From: Schizosaccharomyces osmophilus
Taxonomy: Eukaryota
Assembly (NCBI RefSeq): GCF_027921745.1
Contig: NC_079238.1
Span: 1,302,001-1,366,000 of the forward strand
Length of the DNA: 64,000 nt
Reading direction: 5' to 3'
In this document: one piece after another, positions 61,854-64,000 of the stretch
Layout of the letters: each line of letters opens with the position of its first letter
Numbering within the stretch: the stretch's first letter is position 1
Program-made: the position numbers and the translations under genes
The notes under the pieces: model-generated
Seen by the model: only the letters and a program-made list of their open reading frames with translations
What the model was told of the DNA's origin: nothing
The model's database searches: none

Positions 61854-62190
61854 AATGAAGGAATGTAGTGGAAGAAAGGTAGAGTTGAGCGTCGCATATG
61901 TCGCGACTGGGTTACTAAAGTGACCCCCGCACCCCCCCCCCCCCACGAAAAGTAAACAAACAGATAGATTTCTAAAAAAGAAAGTAAAATACAAATAAAT
62001 AAATAGAGAGAGTAAGTAATAGTTAATTGGGTCTGTATCTTTTGGATAAAATGTATGGAATTGATACTTCGTTTTTGGAGTTTGTTTTCAATGGAATCCA
62101 TGCTTCACATAATCAGAAGCATTTGGAGTCGAGTTATTCAACAGGGATTATCGTAAATGCTTTTCTTATTCCTCTAGGGAGACGATACTT

Positions 62191-62217
62191 GCTACAAACG
62201 CTACAAACGCTACAAAC
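62191..62217. repeat. Tandem repeat (GCTACAAAC)x3
   Basis: Three exact 9-bp copies in the cyp4-atg8 divergent intergenic region. Confidence 0.9.
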
Positions 62218-62706
62218 CAATATATGAAATGACTCGGGGAATCAGCTATTTTCCATTAACTTGTTGCTTGTCTGAAAGCAAAAGAGTTTTAGGAAAAACG
62301 TTTATTCATTTAAATTAAAACAATAAAGAATTGGAAGAATTCTTTCTCGTCGTTCTCTATTTTTTTTTTTTCCTTTTTGATCATCTTTGCGTGAAATAGA
62401 GTATAAACTACAAGAATTAAAGGGAAACAAAAAAAAAGAAAAATAAATATAATAAACGCGCTCCGTAAAACGAATGAAGCTCATCTTGAAAAGTCTTCAA
62501 AAAAGTCTTATTTATGTTTACAGATCCCAAATGACAACAAGTCACAATGTTACCAGTATTTGAAATGACTGAGCATATAGACATTGAAGTCATAGAAACC
62601 TTTCCGGAGCCATTACCTCGAAATACAAAAGAAAGCAGCGATCATTTAGCCAGGAAATTTGTCAGTAGAACGCAAGCGAAGCTCACTTTCCCGTGTCAAT
62701 CTGCTG

Positions 62707-63257
62707 ATGCGGTCTCAATTCAAGGACGATTTTTCCTTTGGTATGTCATGGATGTGTAAACAAAGAACCTTTTAGCTTTCCGTTCTAATTGCTTTTTGTT
62801 TCACTACTTGATTTGTTCCCATTGGTTCCATTCCTAACGAGTATATTCAGAGAAACGAAAAACCGAGTCTCAAAGGATCCGTGAAAAGTATCCTGATCGA
62901 ATTCCTGTACGTTCATTCATTGTACAAGTTGAAAATCTCTACCATTCTTTTTCTCTTTACAATCATGCTAATTTCATTGAGTAGGTAATTTGTGAGAAAG
63001 TCGACAAATCTGATATCGCCGCTATCGACAAAAAGAAGTATCTGGTTCCATCAGATCTTACGGTAGGCCAGTTCGTATATGTTATTAGAAAGCGTATCAA
63101 GCTTTCTCCAGAAAAAGCTATCTTTATTTTCATCGATGAGATTTTACCTCCTACTGCTGCTCTGATGTCCACGATCTACGATGAACACAAGAGCGAAGAT
63201 GGCTTTTTGTACATCACTTACTCTGGAGAAAATACCTTTGGAACTTGCCTCCATTAA
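62707..63257 (+). CDS. atg8: Autophagy ubiquitin-like protein Atg8, 120 aa; exons 62707-62740, 62851-62906, 62985-63257
   Basis: [35 protein letters not shown]...[15 protein letters not shown]...[12 protein letters not shown]; absent from the ORF track because of its introns. Confidence 0.97.
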
Positions 63258-63846
63258 TTTTTGTAATCTTTTCTACCCCCTTTATTCTTACATTTTCCCC
63301 TGTTCTTTTTATCATGATTGAGTAACAAGGCATTTTGCAAAGCAAAAAAAGGAAAAGAATAAAAAAAAAAAAAGAGAAAAGGAAACCCACTTCAGAAATG
63401 CCTTTTTCGTTTTTATGCTGCATATCTTTTACTCGGTTTTTTGTATCTTTTACTGATGAAGCTTATGAAATGATTCATGCCCTGCCTGCGTTGGTTCGCA
63501 TAAACTGATAATTCGACTTTAATGAATTCGCAGTTTCCATGCTTATTCCTTTTTTTTTAATATAATTCTTTACCATACAATATGTATTGGGGTTGTTAAT
63601 GAATGTACCTTTTAATCTCCATGCAAAACACATCTTCTCCGAAATCATCGTTAACATTCGATTGAACCAAACATAATTAAATAGCCATTAAATATCATTA
63701 TCTGAAATCATCTAAATAAAACAAGAAAGCTAATCCTACTTGAATCATGCTATAGGAATTATTATACATATTTGCACATTAATACATATAATATTGCATA
63801 GATATATCTGAAATACCAAAAAGGTTATAAACTCAAAAATATTTTT

Positions 63847-64000
63847 TCACCGGCGCCCTCCTCCGGTGCTTAATAATACAAGTTTTTTCTTTTTCTTGTT
63901 CTTTGAATTTTTGGTATTCGTGCTCATGTTTGCAACCTTGTCCCATTCGACCTTCCAGGCATCCGAATCATCACTTTCATCGGATACATACGAAGCTCCA
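63847..64000 (-). CDS. rnf10: 3' end of an RNF10/Mag2-like RING E3 ligase (partial; continues beyond the window)
   Basis: Frame ...DAWKVEWDKV...KNKKKKKLVLLSTGGGRR* resembles the RNF10/Mag2 C-terminal motif; syntenic position. Confidence 0.65.
   Translation of the reverse strand, partial: GASYVSDESDDSDAWKVEWDKVANMSTNTKNSKNKKKKKLVLLSTGGGRR

Overview
Gene-dense, AT-rich fungal DNA with short GT-AG introns carrying CTAAC/CTAAT branch points. It comes from a Schizosaccharomyces species other than S. pombe (probably the octosporus/osmophilus/cryophilus group; the species cannot be determined from this window). About 30 genes follow, in reverse orientation, the S. pombe chromosome II order recalled from cosmids SPBC13G1-SPBC25D12-SPBC19F5-SPBP8B7: ykt6, mug81, enp1, ash2, swf1, isd11, emp65, abh1, pex14, mpg2, nam9, rns1, mrh5, trm1, suc22, mcm7, dnt1, ppp1, hom3, sac11, utp4, mdp1, thi5, abz1, stc1, mug30, a Pro-rich gene, cyp4, atg8 and the 3' end of rnf10. 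There are two apparent synteny breaks. (1) An extra 7-exon gene of about 525 aa (50483-52298) lies between thi5 and abz1 and appears only as fragments in the ORF track. It encodes an N-terminal coiled coil and a C-terminal dsRBD-like domain, all its introns are phase 0, paired inverted forkhead (FLEX/Mei4-type) sites lie upstream, and it is two genes from the RNAi-heterochromatin linker stc1. (2) The G1 cyclin puc1 is missing from its expected place between utp4 and mdp1. I recognised no tRNA, rRNA, transposon or CRISPR features. Gene names and synteny come from recall, not from database searches.
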